Virus record (IMG/VR): IMGVR_UViG_3300045988_176028
Length of the DNA stretch: 64,000 bases
Direction: 5' to 3' (one strand)
DNA from: a virus
Shown: positions 8,888 through 18,524 of the stretch, piece after piece
Numbering within the stretch: the first letter of the stretch is position 1
How the letters are laid out: each line of letters opens with the position of its first letter
Program-made: the position numbers and the translations under genes
The notes under the pieces: generated by a model
The model's input: the letters and a program-made list of their open reading frames with translations, nothing else
Databases searched by the model: none
What the model was told of the DNA's origin: nothing

Positions 8888-11548
8888 ATGGGTAATCCGA
8901 ACTGGTATCAGATAACCAGAACGTTGCAACAGTTAGACCCGGACGAGCAACGTTCTAAAGTGGAGAGCATTCCAGCCGAACTGGATGGTTGCACCCTTCT
9001 CCTCATCAAGAAGGGCGAGGAGCCGGTCAAGGAATATATTTACGGTGACGGCGAGGGAATCGTCAACGCCGGACAGTTGGCTGGTTTTGACGCGAGACTG
9101 GTCGAAGACGACGACGGGCCGGTGTTGCCGGATGGCGTGAACAGTGCGGCGCATCCTCTTGTACCATTTCGCGCCCGGTTGAACTCGAAAAGCAACATGG
9201 AGAAGATGCGGACGAACTATTCCGGCGTTCGTACAAGCATCGAGAAGGTCATGCCGCCGGACAGTTATGTGAGCGTCACGCTTCGCAATCAGGGATACTT
9301 CGAGCAGATTCGCATTCGTAATTGGATTAGCGACGAATACAATGCGGTGGAGGATTCAAGCGAACTCGCTTCGACCAACACGATGTGCGCCCGTGTGAGT
9401 TTCGGTTGCCGTCAGGCTTCGCGTAACCGACAGCTTGCGCAGAAGATTGGTCAAATCATCTGTCCGCTCATATCCAACATGTCCAGTCATGCGAGCCGTC
9501 CGAAATTCGGTTTGCTGTTCGTCAGCATGCTGTTGGAAGTGTTGTCCGTGATTTGGAGTGTGTGCGGTCTTGCAAGAGGATACGTGATGGATGGCGTGTT
9601 CCCATTGTTCCATTCCGCTTGGGGTTTCGGAATCGCGCTTCCACTGCTTGCGGTGACGTTGGTCGTGTTCCTGTTCCTCATGCTGTTGTCGTGCATTCCG
9701 TTCGTTTACATTCCGCGACCTCAGATTGCCGGTGGCGCGGTGGCTCTCATGCTTTACCTGCTGTTGGGGTTGCTTCCGCTCCCGACATTCATTCCGATTC
9801 TTTTCGTTCCTCTTCTTGTATTCGCGTTCATCCGTTGGAAGAATTGGACGTTGTGGGATGACATTTTCCAAACGCCACGCAGATATTATGCGATTGCGAA
9901 CGACCGTGGCGCGAACGAGTCCGATAATCAGACCCGTCTTGGCGTGCGAACTCATAAGGAGCGTGTGTCGGCTTATGGTGCGCAACGTACCACGTTGATT
10001 CTTTCCCCGATTATCGTGAGTTCCGTGTTCACTCCGGTCACTCAGGGAGTGGCGATGAAGCAGGAGTTGCATCCGGTTCCGGAAGTATTGTCTCATGATG
10101 GCATCTTCCTCGGGAAAGACGATACGGGACGTAACTGTTATCTCGACCCGTCGCAATTGTTCGGCGGTATCGCCATCAACGGTGAAGCCGGTTCCGGTAA
10201 GACAGTTCTCACTCATGGCATCAGCCAGTGGGCAATCAGCGCACGAGAAACCACCAGTCCGAAAATCTGGGGGCGCGACTCCCGTATCATCCATTTTTGG
10301 ATGAAGGATGATACCGGCGTCAACGTGTTGGAACGTTATCGCAAACGTCACGGTTTCACCAGTCCGCAGCGAGTCGTCTACTTGGCAGACCCGAACAGTG
10401 TATGTTTGGACATGCTTGGCATGAAGGACGGGAACAATGCGATGGAGACTGCGGCGAGCGTGGCGAAAACCATGCGCTACTCGTTCGATGACGGTGATAT
10501 TCTGAACGACTCGCAGAACATCATCACCCAAGCGTTGACCATCGGCGTGGCGGTTGACCGTTACGTGCAGGAGGAGCGCAAGCATAATCCCGAATCCGCG
10601 AACAAGGATTGGGAAAGCGAGATTGTGAAACGTTGCCACCAGCTCGAACAATCGTATCCGGGTGCGGAACAGTTGCGAATGCAGTTGAGTCCAATCGGAT
10701 GGGCCGTCGTCGCATTATGCGGTTCCGACGGTCAGGCCGGTTCCGCGAAAGCGTTGGGCCATGTGTGCCGCGCGTTGAGCATGGAGTTGAAGAGTGGCTA
10801 CATGTTCGAGGAGATGACGTATGCGGCTCGTGCGGCCGAACAATTGTATGGCCGTCCGGATGCGGCTGGTCATACGGTTCGTTCCGACCGTGACATTCTT
10901 ACGAAGACGAACGCTTCGTTGAACAAGGTGAACCAGTTCCTTCCCATCGAACACATGTTCACCGCACGCCGTGGCAAGGTGACTTGGACGAACATTCTCG
11001 ACCATGCTGGCGATTATCACATTGTGCTCGCACCACATAATGGTTATTCGTTGCCGGAACGTATGGATAAGATTCTCGGCGGCTGGCTCATGTACCGTTT
11101 CTGGAATACGGTGTTCGCGCATTGCAAGGATTGGGACAAGGCGGGCAAGTGGACGATGCTCGTGTGCGACGAGTTGAGCCTGTTGGCTAACGGCAATGAT
11201 GGCATCATGCCCGCATTGCGCGAGCAGGGCCGTTCGTTCGGTCTTCTTCTCGTGTTCGCCACCCAGTATCCGACCCAGTTGTCCGACGCGATGTTGGATT
11301 CGTTCATCGGCTATTCGACGTTCATCACATACAATACGACGATTCCGCGTATCGCCGATATGACGGCGAAGCGTCTGACGAACAATGACGGGGAGGATGG
11401 TTGGCGTTCAGGTGCGGTCATGAATCTTCCGCGTTATGCGGCGGCTGTTCGCACTCGAACCCAAGAACAGTTGCAGCCGACATTCCTTGTCCATGTGAAC
11501 GATTTCGATAACGGTTATCGCAATGGTGACATGGACGATGATGACTAG
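8888..11548 (+). CDS. Type IV secretion coupling protein (VirD4/TraG/TcpA-like, FtsK-HerA superfamily)
   Basis: Several TM segments around aa 200-330. Walker A (INGEAGSGKTVLT), Walker B (MLVCDELSLLA) and LLLVFATQYPTQL. Strong RBS. Confidence 0.85.
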   Translation: MGNPNWYQITRTLQQLDPDEQRSKVESIPAELDGCTLLLIKKGEEPVKEYIYGDGEGIVNAGQLAGFDARLVEDDDGPVLPDGVNSAAHPLVPFRARLNSKSNMEKMRTNYSGVRTSIEKVMPPDSYVSVTLRNQGYFEQIRIRNWISDEYNAVEDSSELASTNTMCARVSFGCRQASRNRQLAQKIGQIICPLISNMSSHASRPKFGLLFVSMLLEVLSVIWSVCGLARGYVMDGVFPLFHSAWGFGIALPLLAVTLVVFLFLMLLSCIPFVYIPRPQIAGGAVALMLYLLLGLLPLPTFIPILFVPLLVFAFIRWKNWTLWDDIFQTPRRYYAIANDRGANESDNQTRLGVRTHKERVSAYGAQRTTLILSPIIVSSVFTPVTQGVAMKQELHPVPEVLSHDGIFLGKDDTGRNCYLDPSQLFGGIAINGEAGSGKTVLTHGISQWAISARETTSPKIWGRDSRIIHFWMKDDTGVNVLERYRKRHGFTSPQRVVYLADPNSVCLDMLGMKDGNNAMETAASVAKTMRYSFDDGDILNDSQNIITQALTIGVAVDRYVQEERKHNPESANKDWESEIVKRCHQLEQSYPGAEQLRMQLSPIGWAVVALCGSDGQAGSAKALGHVCRALSMELKSGYMFEEMTYAARAAEQLYGRPDAAGHTVRSDRDILTKTNASLNKVNQFLPIEHMFTARRGKVTWTNILDHAGDYHIVLAPHNGYSLPERMDKILGGWLMYRFWNTVFAHCKDWDKAGKWTMLVCDELSLLANGNDGIMPALREQGRSFGLLLVFATQYPTQLSDAMLDSFIGYSTFITYNTTIPRIADMTAKRLTNNDGEDGWRSGAVMNLPRYAAAVRTRTQEQLQPTFLVHVNDFDNGYRNGDMDDDD

Positions 11549-11575
11549 CTTTTAGCGTTCATCATATTGCTTTTC

Positions 11576-11616
11576 AAAATCCGTTCGGAACTTTCAACTT
11601 CCGGACGGATTTTTTA
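11576..11616 (+). terminator. Rho-independent terminator
   Basis: AAAATCCGTTCGGA-N10-TCCGGACGGATTTT plus extra T residues. Confidence 0.7.
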
Positions 11617-11714
11617 TACCTAAAAACCTCGCTATGACTGTAAACAACCGCGTAGGTTGATAGGATGAAAAATGCAGGAGAGTTCCGTTTGGAAAACGAA
11701 AGGGAACTCAAAAA

Positions 11715-12059
11715 ATGGGTGGAACCATTACCTTGGCTGGAAGCAGCCTTGAGAGCACCTATCATAAGATGTTCGACACCATTTTGAGCAGTAGCGCGGG
11801 AACCGTGTTGACCAACATCGGTCTTGCCGCCGCAGTGCTTCTCGCACTCGGCCTTATCGTCGGTGGCATTTGCAAGGCGTTGGGACGCCAAAACAAGCTC
11901 GTGCAGATGTTCTGCCCGAACATCGGACGTATTCTCGTCGTCCTCGCAGTCGGATTCATTCTCGCTGGCCCGACCTTCACCATTCCGGCAATTCTTAAGT
12001 TGATTGACTGGTTCGTTGACGCGGTTGGCGGCAGTGGAAAGACCTATCTGGGAATCTGA
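11715..12059 (+). CDS. Small polytopic membrane protein (T4SS-associated by context)
   Basis: 114 aa with 2-3 hydrophobic helices. AAAGGGA RBS. Confidence 0.6.
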   Translation: MGGTITLAGSSLESTYHKMFDTILSSSAGTVLTNIGLAAAVLLALGLIVGGICKALGRQNKLVQMFCPNIGRILVVLAVGFILAGPTFTIPAILKLIDWFVDAVGGSGKTYLGI

Positions 12060-12071
12060 CATCCGCAGAAG

Positions 12072-12135
12072 GAAAACCGGAGTGGATATGCGAAGAGGAC
12101 CTTTCCGGTTCTGTTCCCACTCCGGTTTTCTTTTA
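12072..12135 (+). terminator. Long hairpin plus T-tract
   Basis: GAAAACCGGAGTGG...CCACTCCGGTTTTC followed by TTTT. Confidence 0.55.
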
Positions 12136-12164
12136 AGAACCTTACGTACGAAAAGAGTTGAATC

Positions 12165-12587
12165 ATGAGCGATGAGGAAGACGAAGGATACAAAGGCCCC
12201 TTGCATCCGAGGTTGACAATGGACGACATCACGGAAGTGTCCGGCCCGGAGGAAATCGAACGGAAGAACACGTTCCAGATAACCAAGAACACTGAGGCCC
12301 GTTCCAAAACCGTGTTCTCCGTTATCGTCGGCGCATTGGCGGGCTTGGCTCTTTGCCTCATATTCGCCCCGTTGCTCGGATACATGTTCAGCTCGTTCTT
12401 CGTACTGTTGGGCGGAATACTGGCTCCGTTCTTCGCAGTCGGCACCATTAGAGACCGCACCCAACAGACACGGTGGAAGAGAACCTTGCAGGATATGAAG
12501 AGCCGCAAGATTGAAGGGCAGGTCTTCTACCCGAATTCCACTCAGCCGGAAAACATTATCGACCTTCAAGAAATGGAAATCCGTTGA
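12165..12587 (+). CDS. Small membrane protein with an acidic N-terminus and a TM hairpin (T4SS-associated by context)
   Basis: 140 aa. Two adjacent hydrophobic helices (VFSVIVGALAGLALCLIFAPLLGYMFSSFFVLLGGILAPFFAV). Confidence 0.6.
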   Translation: MSDEEDEGYKGPLHPRLTMDDITEVSGPEEIERKNTFQITKNTEARSKTVFSVIVGALAGLALCLIFAPLLGYMFSSFFVLLGGILAPFFAVGTIRDRTQQTRWKRTLQDMKSRKIEGQVFYPNSTQPENIIDLQEMEIR

Positions 12588-15500
12588 ATACAAAATATCG
12601 AGACCCAGTGAAACGGGCGGGTAGAAGGAACCTGCTCGTCATTCTGATGTTGTGCGTGGTCATGACATTGTTCGTCTTGCCGTCCAGCGTGTTCGCCGCA
12701 CAGGTCAACGATTCGACCACGACGATAACATGCGCCAACGGCGGGACTGACAGTGCTACATCAGACATCTCTAGTTGTCTTCCTTCCGGACGTTGGGGAA
12801 ACTACGTTGGGGAAATCACTTCGCGTACGGAACCGTACAGTGGCAGCGATGTCGCCGGTTGGTTCTCGAACGTCAAGCAGACCATCAGCTCGCAGACCCA
12901 TATCGTCCTTCCCAACATTCTGATGCAGTTGACTCAGGTCTGCTGGTCTTCCGCATTGTCCATCAGCCAGTTCGCCGCTTCGTTCGAACCGATGAAACAG
13001 GCTGGTGCGAACATCGACTCCGCAGTGTCCACCATGGTGACGAGTCTGATGGACGGCGGTATCCCCGCCACCATCGCAGTGCTCGGCATCGTGGCTTGGG
13101 TTGGCGCGGCTGGATTCCAAATCGGCACCGTCAAAGAGGCGAGCAAACGAATCGTCATCATGGTTCTCTGCTTCGCTTCAATCACGATGCTTGGAGCTGG
13201 AGCGGCCAAAACCGGAAAGAACGCCACAGAACCGGCGACCGGAAGCCCATGGTGGGTCGTGCAGACAATCAACAACACCATCAACAAGCTTTCGGTCAAC
13301 CTCGACCTTGACGGCATGGCAGACAGTGATAAAAACATGATGTCCTACCATCATGCGGCGAACGGTGCGAAAACCAATTGTCAGGATTACCTGTACTTCA
13401 TGCATCAGGCGTATGACGAACAGGCGAAGTCCAACGGCAATCAGGATACAAGCAACATCACCAAGGCCATCAACCGTATTTGGGAGGAGACCTCCCTTCG
13501 CTCGTTCGTGACCATGCAGTACGGAAACCCGCAGACCACCGGAACATCCTCGTTCCGTATCGCGGAAAACGCCCGGCAAGGTTACTGCCACGTGTTGGAG
13601 ATGAAAGCCAACACGAACACGACCATCCAGAAGGATTTGACCAACAAGGCCATGGCGTTGCACATCAGCGACCAGCGAGCCAAATGGTTGTTCTCCGTGG
13701 ACGGTTGGGTAGACCCGCGTAATCCTTACTTCACCGACAAACCGTTGGAAAGGGAGAACGCGACATATCTCAGCCGTGCGGGCGTGTTCTGGGAAACCTG
13801 TGGCACGAAACGCAATCAGGAAATCTACGCGCGAGCCGGATGGGCGACACTCATCAACAACCTCGGTGACACAGGAACCAAGAACATCAAGAACGGCAGT
13901 ACGAAAGTACGTGTCAAGATTGACGACTTGGACAATGTGAAACCGACCAACGGTGGCAAAGGCGTGATGGACGCGAAACAGAACGGCAGTGAAGACGAAA
14001 CCATCCAACAGACCACTTCGGTCTGCCAGACGATTCTCAAACAGGGTTCCGTAATCTTCTCCCGTTCCACCGATATCAACAAGGAGGATGACGGAACATA
14101 TAAAGACCAGCAGAACGACACCAACTGGGGCGACTCCGCTACGGTCGGATGGCGTTTCGACGTGCCGAACGTTTCCGGAACTTGGAGTGAGGCGAATCTT
14201 CGTGACGCTCAGGATGATTCCACTGTCACGGGCGGTGCGAAGAAAACCATCGACTACATGTATGGCAACAACAACGTCGATACGTTGGGTGCTTGCGGAA
14301 CACTTATCGGAGGCATCGTCAATCTCGTGGTCTGGGGATTGTTGAGCCTTGTTCTAATACTGACGAAGCTCATGCTGATAATGATGGCGTTGTTCCTCGT
14401 GGTCACGTTCCTTGTCCAAGCGTTCCCGATTGGCGAGAAGCCGAAGAACGCGTTGAAGAACTGGGCGACGTACACCTGCCAGTTGAGTATGGTAGGAGCG
14501 TTGTACGGTGCGCTCGGTACTCTCGCAACATTCATTTGTGGCCTGACGTTGAAGTTCACCTCTGCCAGCAGTGGTTCGTTCACCTACCAGTTGATTGCGG
14601 GATTGAGTCCGGTGTTGGCTATCGCCGCAATCGGCATGTTCTGTTCGAAAGTGTTGAAGTGGGGTAATCCGTTCAGCATCAACGCTCTCATGGGAATGGC
14701 GGGTGGAACCGCAATGGCTTCCGGTCTTCGCAAGGGAATGCACATGATTGGACAGCACCGTATGATTCGCGCCATGCGTGGCGGATTCCGTCGTGGCGGC
14801 AATGGTGTCGGACGTTTGTCCACGAACGGTACCGGCGCTGGCATGGCCCATAACGGAGCACGTCAAAGCGAGACCGTCCTAAGCAAGATGAGCCGCGCAC
14901 AACAGGATTCGTTGAGTCAGGGCGATAGGAATCTGATGAATCGTAACGCCAAGGAGTTCGAGGCGATTCAGACGCGTGGACGCGGAAGCAAGAACTGGGC
15001 ACGAATGGACAAGAGCACAGTGAGAGGAAGTCTTGCCGGTGCGAAACTCCATTTTGAGGATTCCACGGGCAAGTTCAAGGGACGGTTGAACAAAGCCGTT
15101 TCCAAGTTCCATGGCGAGGACAATACGGAGGCGTTCGCCCATAGTATCGCCCAACGTCACCCGGGCATGTCCCTCAACGATGTGCAACGCAAAGCACAAA
15201 GGATGAACCATCTGAACAATGCCGGACGCAAACTCCAAGGTGCGGCAAGAGTCGCCGGAGCCGGAGCCGCAATGGCCGGTGCCGGTCTCGCTTTCGCCGC
15301 ACGAGCCGCGAAGAGCGCACCGTTGCGTAACGTCGTAGCACGTGGCGCGAAGGTCGCCGCGAAAGCCGCTGTCACCGGAGCTTTGTTCTCCAATCCGATT
15401 ACCGCACCGTTGGGATTGATTGCCGCTGGAAAGCTGGCCGCCGACCGTAACCTGCATCATGGTATAGCGGTGGGTGCGGGAGCCGCGATGGATAAAATCC

Positions 15501-16591
15501 GCGACATCAGGAACGCCGCTCCCGGCAGTATGAGAGAACGCGACCAGTGGCGTCGCGACGTGTTGGGCATGGCTAATGGTGACGCTCCGTTGTCGTCTCC
15601 GTTCTCCGGCGCCGGTGACGGTGGTTCCGACAATGGTGACAGTCCTATGCCTTCTCCGTCGGCTCCGAATCCGGATGTCCCAACCCAAACCGGTGGTGTC
15701 GGTGGCGCGTCGCCGATTCCGACGGACGCGCAGACTGAGACGATTCCGATTGGCGCTCCGACTGGTCCGATTCCAGCGGACGCCCAAGGACAGCATGCTC
15801 CGGTGTTGACTGAACAGTCCGCGTTCAATCAGGTTCGTGAGGGAATGATGGCCGACTTCGTGGATAACCAGCACATGTCCCAAGAGGATGCGGAACAGGC
15901 TTTCCAAGAGGCCGTCTCCTCCGGCGAGGTCGATAATTCCGTCCAAGCGTATATGAGCCAGAACAATCAATCTCCTAATGAGAATGCGACAGCTCAACCC
16001 GAAACGAACGCCAACCAGCCGGTGTACAACACTGAGACAGGTGAGATTGTTGGTGAGACCCTACCCTCCGGAACGATGGACGCCGCCGTGTCCTCCGCCT
16101 CCACTTGGCAGAAGGCAACCGACAATGCGACTCCGATGCCTGAATCGGTGAACAATTCACTGCAACAGGCGTACATGCGCGAGAATCCGGTGCAACAGTC
16201 TCCGGAGGAGCATTTGCGGATGGCTCAGGAGGAATGGACTGCGACGACCGGACTGCCGGGGTCTACGATGCCGTCGGGTGCCGAACGGGCTATGAACCCG
16301 AATGGAATTCAGCCGAGTAGAAAATTCACGGTGGATTCCGGGCAGACGCAACAGCAGGGTTCGGTACAGGCGCAAGCTCCGCGACAGCAGTCTCAACCGC
16401 AGCCACAAGCTCAGGTAAGACAACAGCCGTCGGTTCGAATGCAACCGCCAACCACACCTTCCCCGACCGTCAAACAGCCGGTGGACGCCAACCCGTCAAA
16501 CCTGACAGGTTTCCCCTCCGTAGGCAATCTTCGTATGAAGAAACCGCCGACCGGAGGACAGCCGACACCCAAACCGCCGTTCATGAAGTGA
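12584..16591 (+). CDS. Large polytopic membrane protein (1335 aa), VirB6/TrbL/TcpH-like by architecture
   Basis: Signal-like N-terminus (LLVILMLCVVMTLFVLPSSVFAAQV). TM clusters around aa 100-200 and 560-700. Ala/Gly-rich then Pro/Gln-rich C-terminal third. TTGA overlap with the upstream gene. Confidence 0.7.
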   Translation: MNTKYRDPVKRAGRRNLLVILMLCVVMTLFVLPSSVFAAQVNDSTTTITCANGGTDSATSDISSCLPSGRWGNYVGEITSRTEPYSGSDVAGWFSNVKQTISSQTHIVLPNILMQLTQVCWSSALSISQFAASFEPMKQAGANIDSAVSTMVTSLMDGGIPATIAVLGIVAWVGAAGFQIGTVKEASKRIVIMVLCFASITMLGAGAAKTGKNATEPATGSPWWVVQTINNTINKLSVNLDLDGMADSDKNMMSYHHAANGAKTNCQDYLYFMHQAYDEQAKSNGNQDTSNITKAINRIWEETSLRSFVTMQYGNPQTTGTSSFRIAENARQGYCHVLEMKANTNTTIQKDLTNKAMALHISDQRAKWLFSVDGWVDPRNPYFTDKPLERENATYLSRAGVFWETCGTKRNQEIYARAGWATLINNLGDTGTKNIKNGSTKVRVKIDDLDNVKPTNGGKGVMDAKQNGSEDETIQQTTSVCQTILKQGSVIFSRSTDINKEDDGTYKDQQNDTNWGDSATVGWRFDVPNVSGTWSEANLRDAQDDSTVTGGAKKTIDYMYGNNNVDTLGACGTLIGGIVNLVVWGLLSLVLILTKLMLIMMALFLVVTFLVQAFPIGEKPKNALKNWATYTCQLSMVGALYGALGTLATFICGLTLKFTSASSGSFTYQLIAGLSPVLAIAAIGMFCSKVLKWGNPFSINALMGMAGGTAMASGLRKGMHMIGQHRMIRAMRGGFRRGGNGVGRLSTNGTGAGMAHNGARQSETVLSKMSRAQQDSLSQGDRNLMNRNAKEFEAIQTRGRGSKNWARMDKSTVRGSLAGAKLHFEDSTGKFKGRLNKAVSKFHGEDNTEAFAHSIAQRHPGMSLNDVQRKAQRMNHLNNAGRKLQGAARVAGAGAAMAGAGLAFAARAAKSAPLRNVVARGAKVAAKAAVTGALFSNPITAPLGLIAAGKLAADRNLHHGIAVGAGAAMDKIRDIRNAAPGSMRERDQWRRDVLGMANGDAPLSSPFSGAGDGGSDNGDSPMPSPSAPNPDVPTQTGGVGGASPIPTDAQTETIPIGAPTGPIPADAQGQHAPVLTEQSAFNQVREGMMADFVDNQHMSQEDAEQAFQEAVSSGEVDNSVQAYMSQNNQSPNENATAQPETNANQPVYNTETGEIVGETLPSGTMDAAVSSASTWQKATDNATPMPESVNNSLQQAYMRENPVQQSPEEHLRMAQEEWTATTGLPGSTMPSGAERAMNPNGIQPSRKFTVDSGQTQQQGSVQAQAPRQQSQPQPQAQVRQQPSVRMQPPTTPSPTVKQPVDANPSNLTGFPSVGNLRMKKPPTGGQPTPKPPFMK

Positions 16592-16606
16592 CGTCGGTTT
16601 GACCAT

Positions 16607-16660
16607 CCGGCGTCGAATGTTTTGAGCATCTTCCACAGCATTCGACGCCGGTTTCCCTTT
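16607..16660 (+). terminator. Rho-independent terminator
   Basis: Perfect 13-bp stem (CCGGCGTCGAATG / CATTCGACGCCGG) followed by a T-rich tail. Confidence 0.7.
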
Positions 16661-16694
16661 CGAAAAACCTTCCAACGTCAAGGAGATTAGAAAA

Positions 16695-17048
16695 ATGGAA
16701 GAGGTAGGAAACCAAGCCGCTGACACTGCGGGACGAACGTTGGGTGACGTGCTCACTGTGTTCTTCTCTTGGGTGTTCACGCCGACGGGCGCAATCCTCA
16801 CTTTGTTGATGATTATTATTTGCGCCGGTAGTGTCGTGTTCGCCATCTTGCAGAAAAGCACCCGCGCGTTGATGACCGCGTTGACCATCTGCGCGTTCCT
16901 GTTGTTCGTGTGGATTATCACCGGTGTCTTGGAGGTCATGGGTTTGCCCGTGCGTGAATGGATGAAGGATATCGCGGCCCAGATGCCTGATATCGGTTCA
17001 CTGTTCATGGAGTTCCTTCGCAAACTGGTGTTCACTGCTACCGAGTAA
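16695..17048 (+). CDS. Small membrane protein (117 aa)
   Basis: AAGGAG RBS. Three hydrophobic helices. Confidence 0.6.
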   Translation: MEEVGNQAADTAGRTLGDVLTVFFSWVFTPTGAILTLLMIIICAGSVVFAILQKSTRALMTALTICAFLLFVWIITGVLEVMGLPVREWMKDIAAQMPDIGSLFMEFLRKLVFTATE

Positions 17049-17055
17049 AAACGAA

Positions 17056-17100
17056 AGAAAGCCGTATCCGTTTCATCGCGGACGCGGCTTTCTGTTTTTC
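17056..17100 (+). terminator. Rho-independent terminator
   Basis: AGAAAGCCG...CGGCTTTCT followed by GTTTTT. Confidence 0.65.
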
Positions 17101-17132
17101 TGTTCCGCCTGTAAACCTGTACGCCGTTCCAT

Positions 17133-17154
17133 TGTTTTACTGGAATGTTTCTCC
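17133..17154 (+). promoter_or_regulatory. Degenerate variant of the conserved box upstream of parA (TGTTTTACTGGAATGTTTCTCC)
   Basis: Shares TGTT-T-ACTGGAA-GTT with the consensus but lacks TCACA. Confidence 0.3.
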
Positions 17155-17267
17155 GAACGGTTTTCCAGTTCGGCGTGCCGACTTTTCGCCGTTGTTATCA
17201 TCGAAACAAAAAACATACCCCCACCATGATTCCGTCCACACCGGAAGCAGAAAAAGGAAACCAGAAC

Positions 17268-17930
17268 ATGAGAGTCAAAAACCATACGGTCATCATCACC
17301 GTCGCAATCATCAAAGGCGGTTCAGGAAAAACAACCACATCAATGGCATTGGCCGAACTATTGCACAAACGCGGGGAACAAGTCACAGTCTTGGACTCCG
17401 ACAACACGGGCGGCGCGACCATGTGGGAAATGTACGTCGAACAGGAAAACCGCAGACGCAGACAGGACAATCCGGACGCGAAACCATACACGCTCGGCTT
17501 CCCCGTCGTGCAAACCAACGAAGCCGTATTGAACAATCCGGAACTCATCCGCGAAAAATATTCAGGCTGGGTCATCATCGACACCCCACCGTCCGACGCG
17601 GGAGTGGTACAGGCGGCGATAAACGCGGGCGACGTGGTGATAATCCCATGCCAGCCATCCGTATCCGATTTGACTCACGCGGGACGCACATACGCGGCGG
17701 CACGCAACGGCATCGTCCTGTTGACACGCGTGAAGCCGAGAACGAAACTCGCCCGGAACAGCATCAGCGAACTGGATGAGGAAGGCATCGCACGGTTCGA
17801 AACCGTCATCACGGAACGTGAAGCCGTCAAGAACATGTACGGCACAACCGAAATCGACAACAAGGAATATTCCAGCGTCGTGCAGGAACTCATCGACTAT
17901 CTGTCTGAAATCAATCTGGTGGAAGAATAA
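17268..17930 (+). CDS. parA: ParA partition ATPase
   Basis: ATG at 17268. Deviant Walker A (AIIKGGSGKTTTS), then VLDSDNTGG and VIIDTPP. The upstream part of the track ORF is rejected. Confidence 0.9.
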   Translation: MRVKNHTVIITVAIIKGGSGKTTTSMALAELLHKRGEQVTVLDSDNTGGATMWEMYVEQENRRRRQDNPDAKPYTLGFPVVQTNEAVLNNPELIREKYSGWVIIDTPPSDAGVVQAAINAGDVVIIPCQPSVSDLTHAGRTYAAARNGIVLLTRVKPRTKLARNSISELDEEGIARFETVITEREAVKNMYGTTEIDNKEYSSVVQELIDYLSEINLVEE

Positions 17931-17960
17931 AAACAGGAGCAGGGGAGTAAGTAGGCAATC

Positions 17961-18416
17961 ATGGTCAAGAACATCAAACGCAACGCTTTCGCAACAGGAA
18001 TGCAGGACAAGCGTGACATGCGCCCATTGGAATCACCGGAAAACATTAGCGAACCGAACACGGAGCAGGAACCGACACAGGCCGTTTCTGAAACGCGGGA
18101 ACCGTCAGACCAGTCAGTCCAAACGTCCGCCGACATGCACGCCCAAACGCTCACGGAGGAAGAAGCCGACCGTCGGGCACGGCTCATCACCGACATAACC
18201 CATCCTGAAACACCGGCACCATCCGAAACGCATCAGCCGCCGAAAGAGAAAAGAATCGGCAGCAACGTCACCGTCGAGAACTGGCGGGCATGGAAATTGA
18301 AAAGCATCGAATACGGGACGAAACAGGCTGTATTGTTGAATGCCGCGATGGACTACTGCTTCCAGCAGGGACACTTCGACCAGACGCTCATCGACAAGTA
18401 CGAGCAGAAGGAATAG
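17961..18416 (+). CDS. Small partition partner with a disordered N-terminus and a ribbon-helix-helix-like C-terminus (ParG-like)
   Basis: Sits immediately downstream of parA. The C-terminal RIGSNVTVENWRAWKLKSIEYGTKQAVLLNAAMDY looks like a beta-strand plus two helices. Confidence 0.5.
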   Translation: MVKNIKRNAFATGMQDKRDMRPLESPENISEPNTEQEPTQAVSETREPSDQSVQTSADMHAQTLTEEEADRRARLITDITHPETPAPSETHQPPKEKRIGSNVTVENWRAWKLKSIEYGTKQAVLLNAAMDYCFQQGHFDQTLIDKYEQKE

Positions 18417-18446
18417 GTTCCGGTATACTAATATTCGGATGAACAA

Positions 18447-18505
18447 AAAGACTTCACCGAAGTCTTCCAGATGGGGCGACACTCACAACAGAGCGGACGC
18501 CCCAT
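18447..18505. terminator. Two hairpins between convergent genes
   Basis: AAGACTTC/GAAGTCTT and ATGGGGCG/CGCCCCAT stems lie between the stop at 18416 (+) and the stop at 18525 (-). Confidence 0.5.
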
Positions 18506-18524
18506 TGGTTTCTCTAAAACACAG

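Noticed and set aside
9356-16444. Long minus-strand ORFs (9356..10651, 10715..11122, 11574..12593, 13178..14008, 14354..14866, 14879..15997 and others).
   Set aside because: All are antisense to + strand genes that have clear motifs or TM architecture. They have no RBS, an R/G/V-rich composition, and they run across + strand terminators and intergenic regions.
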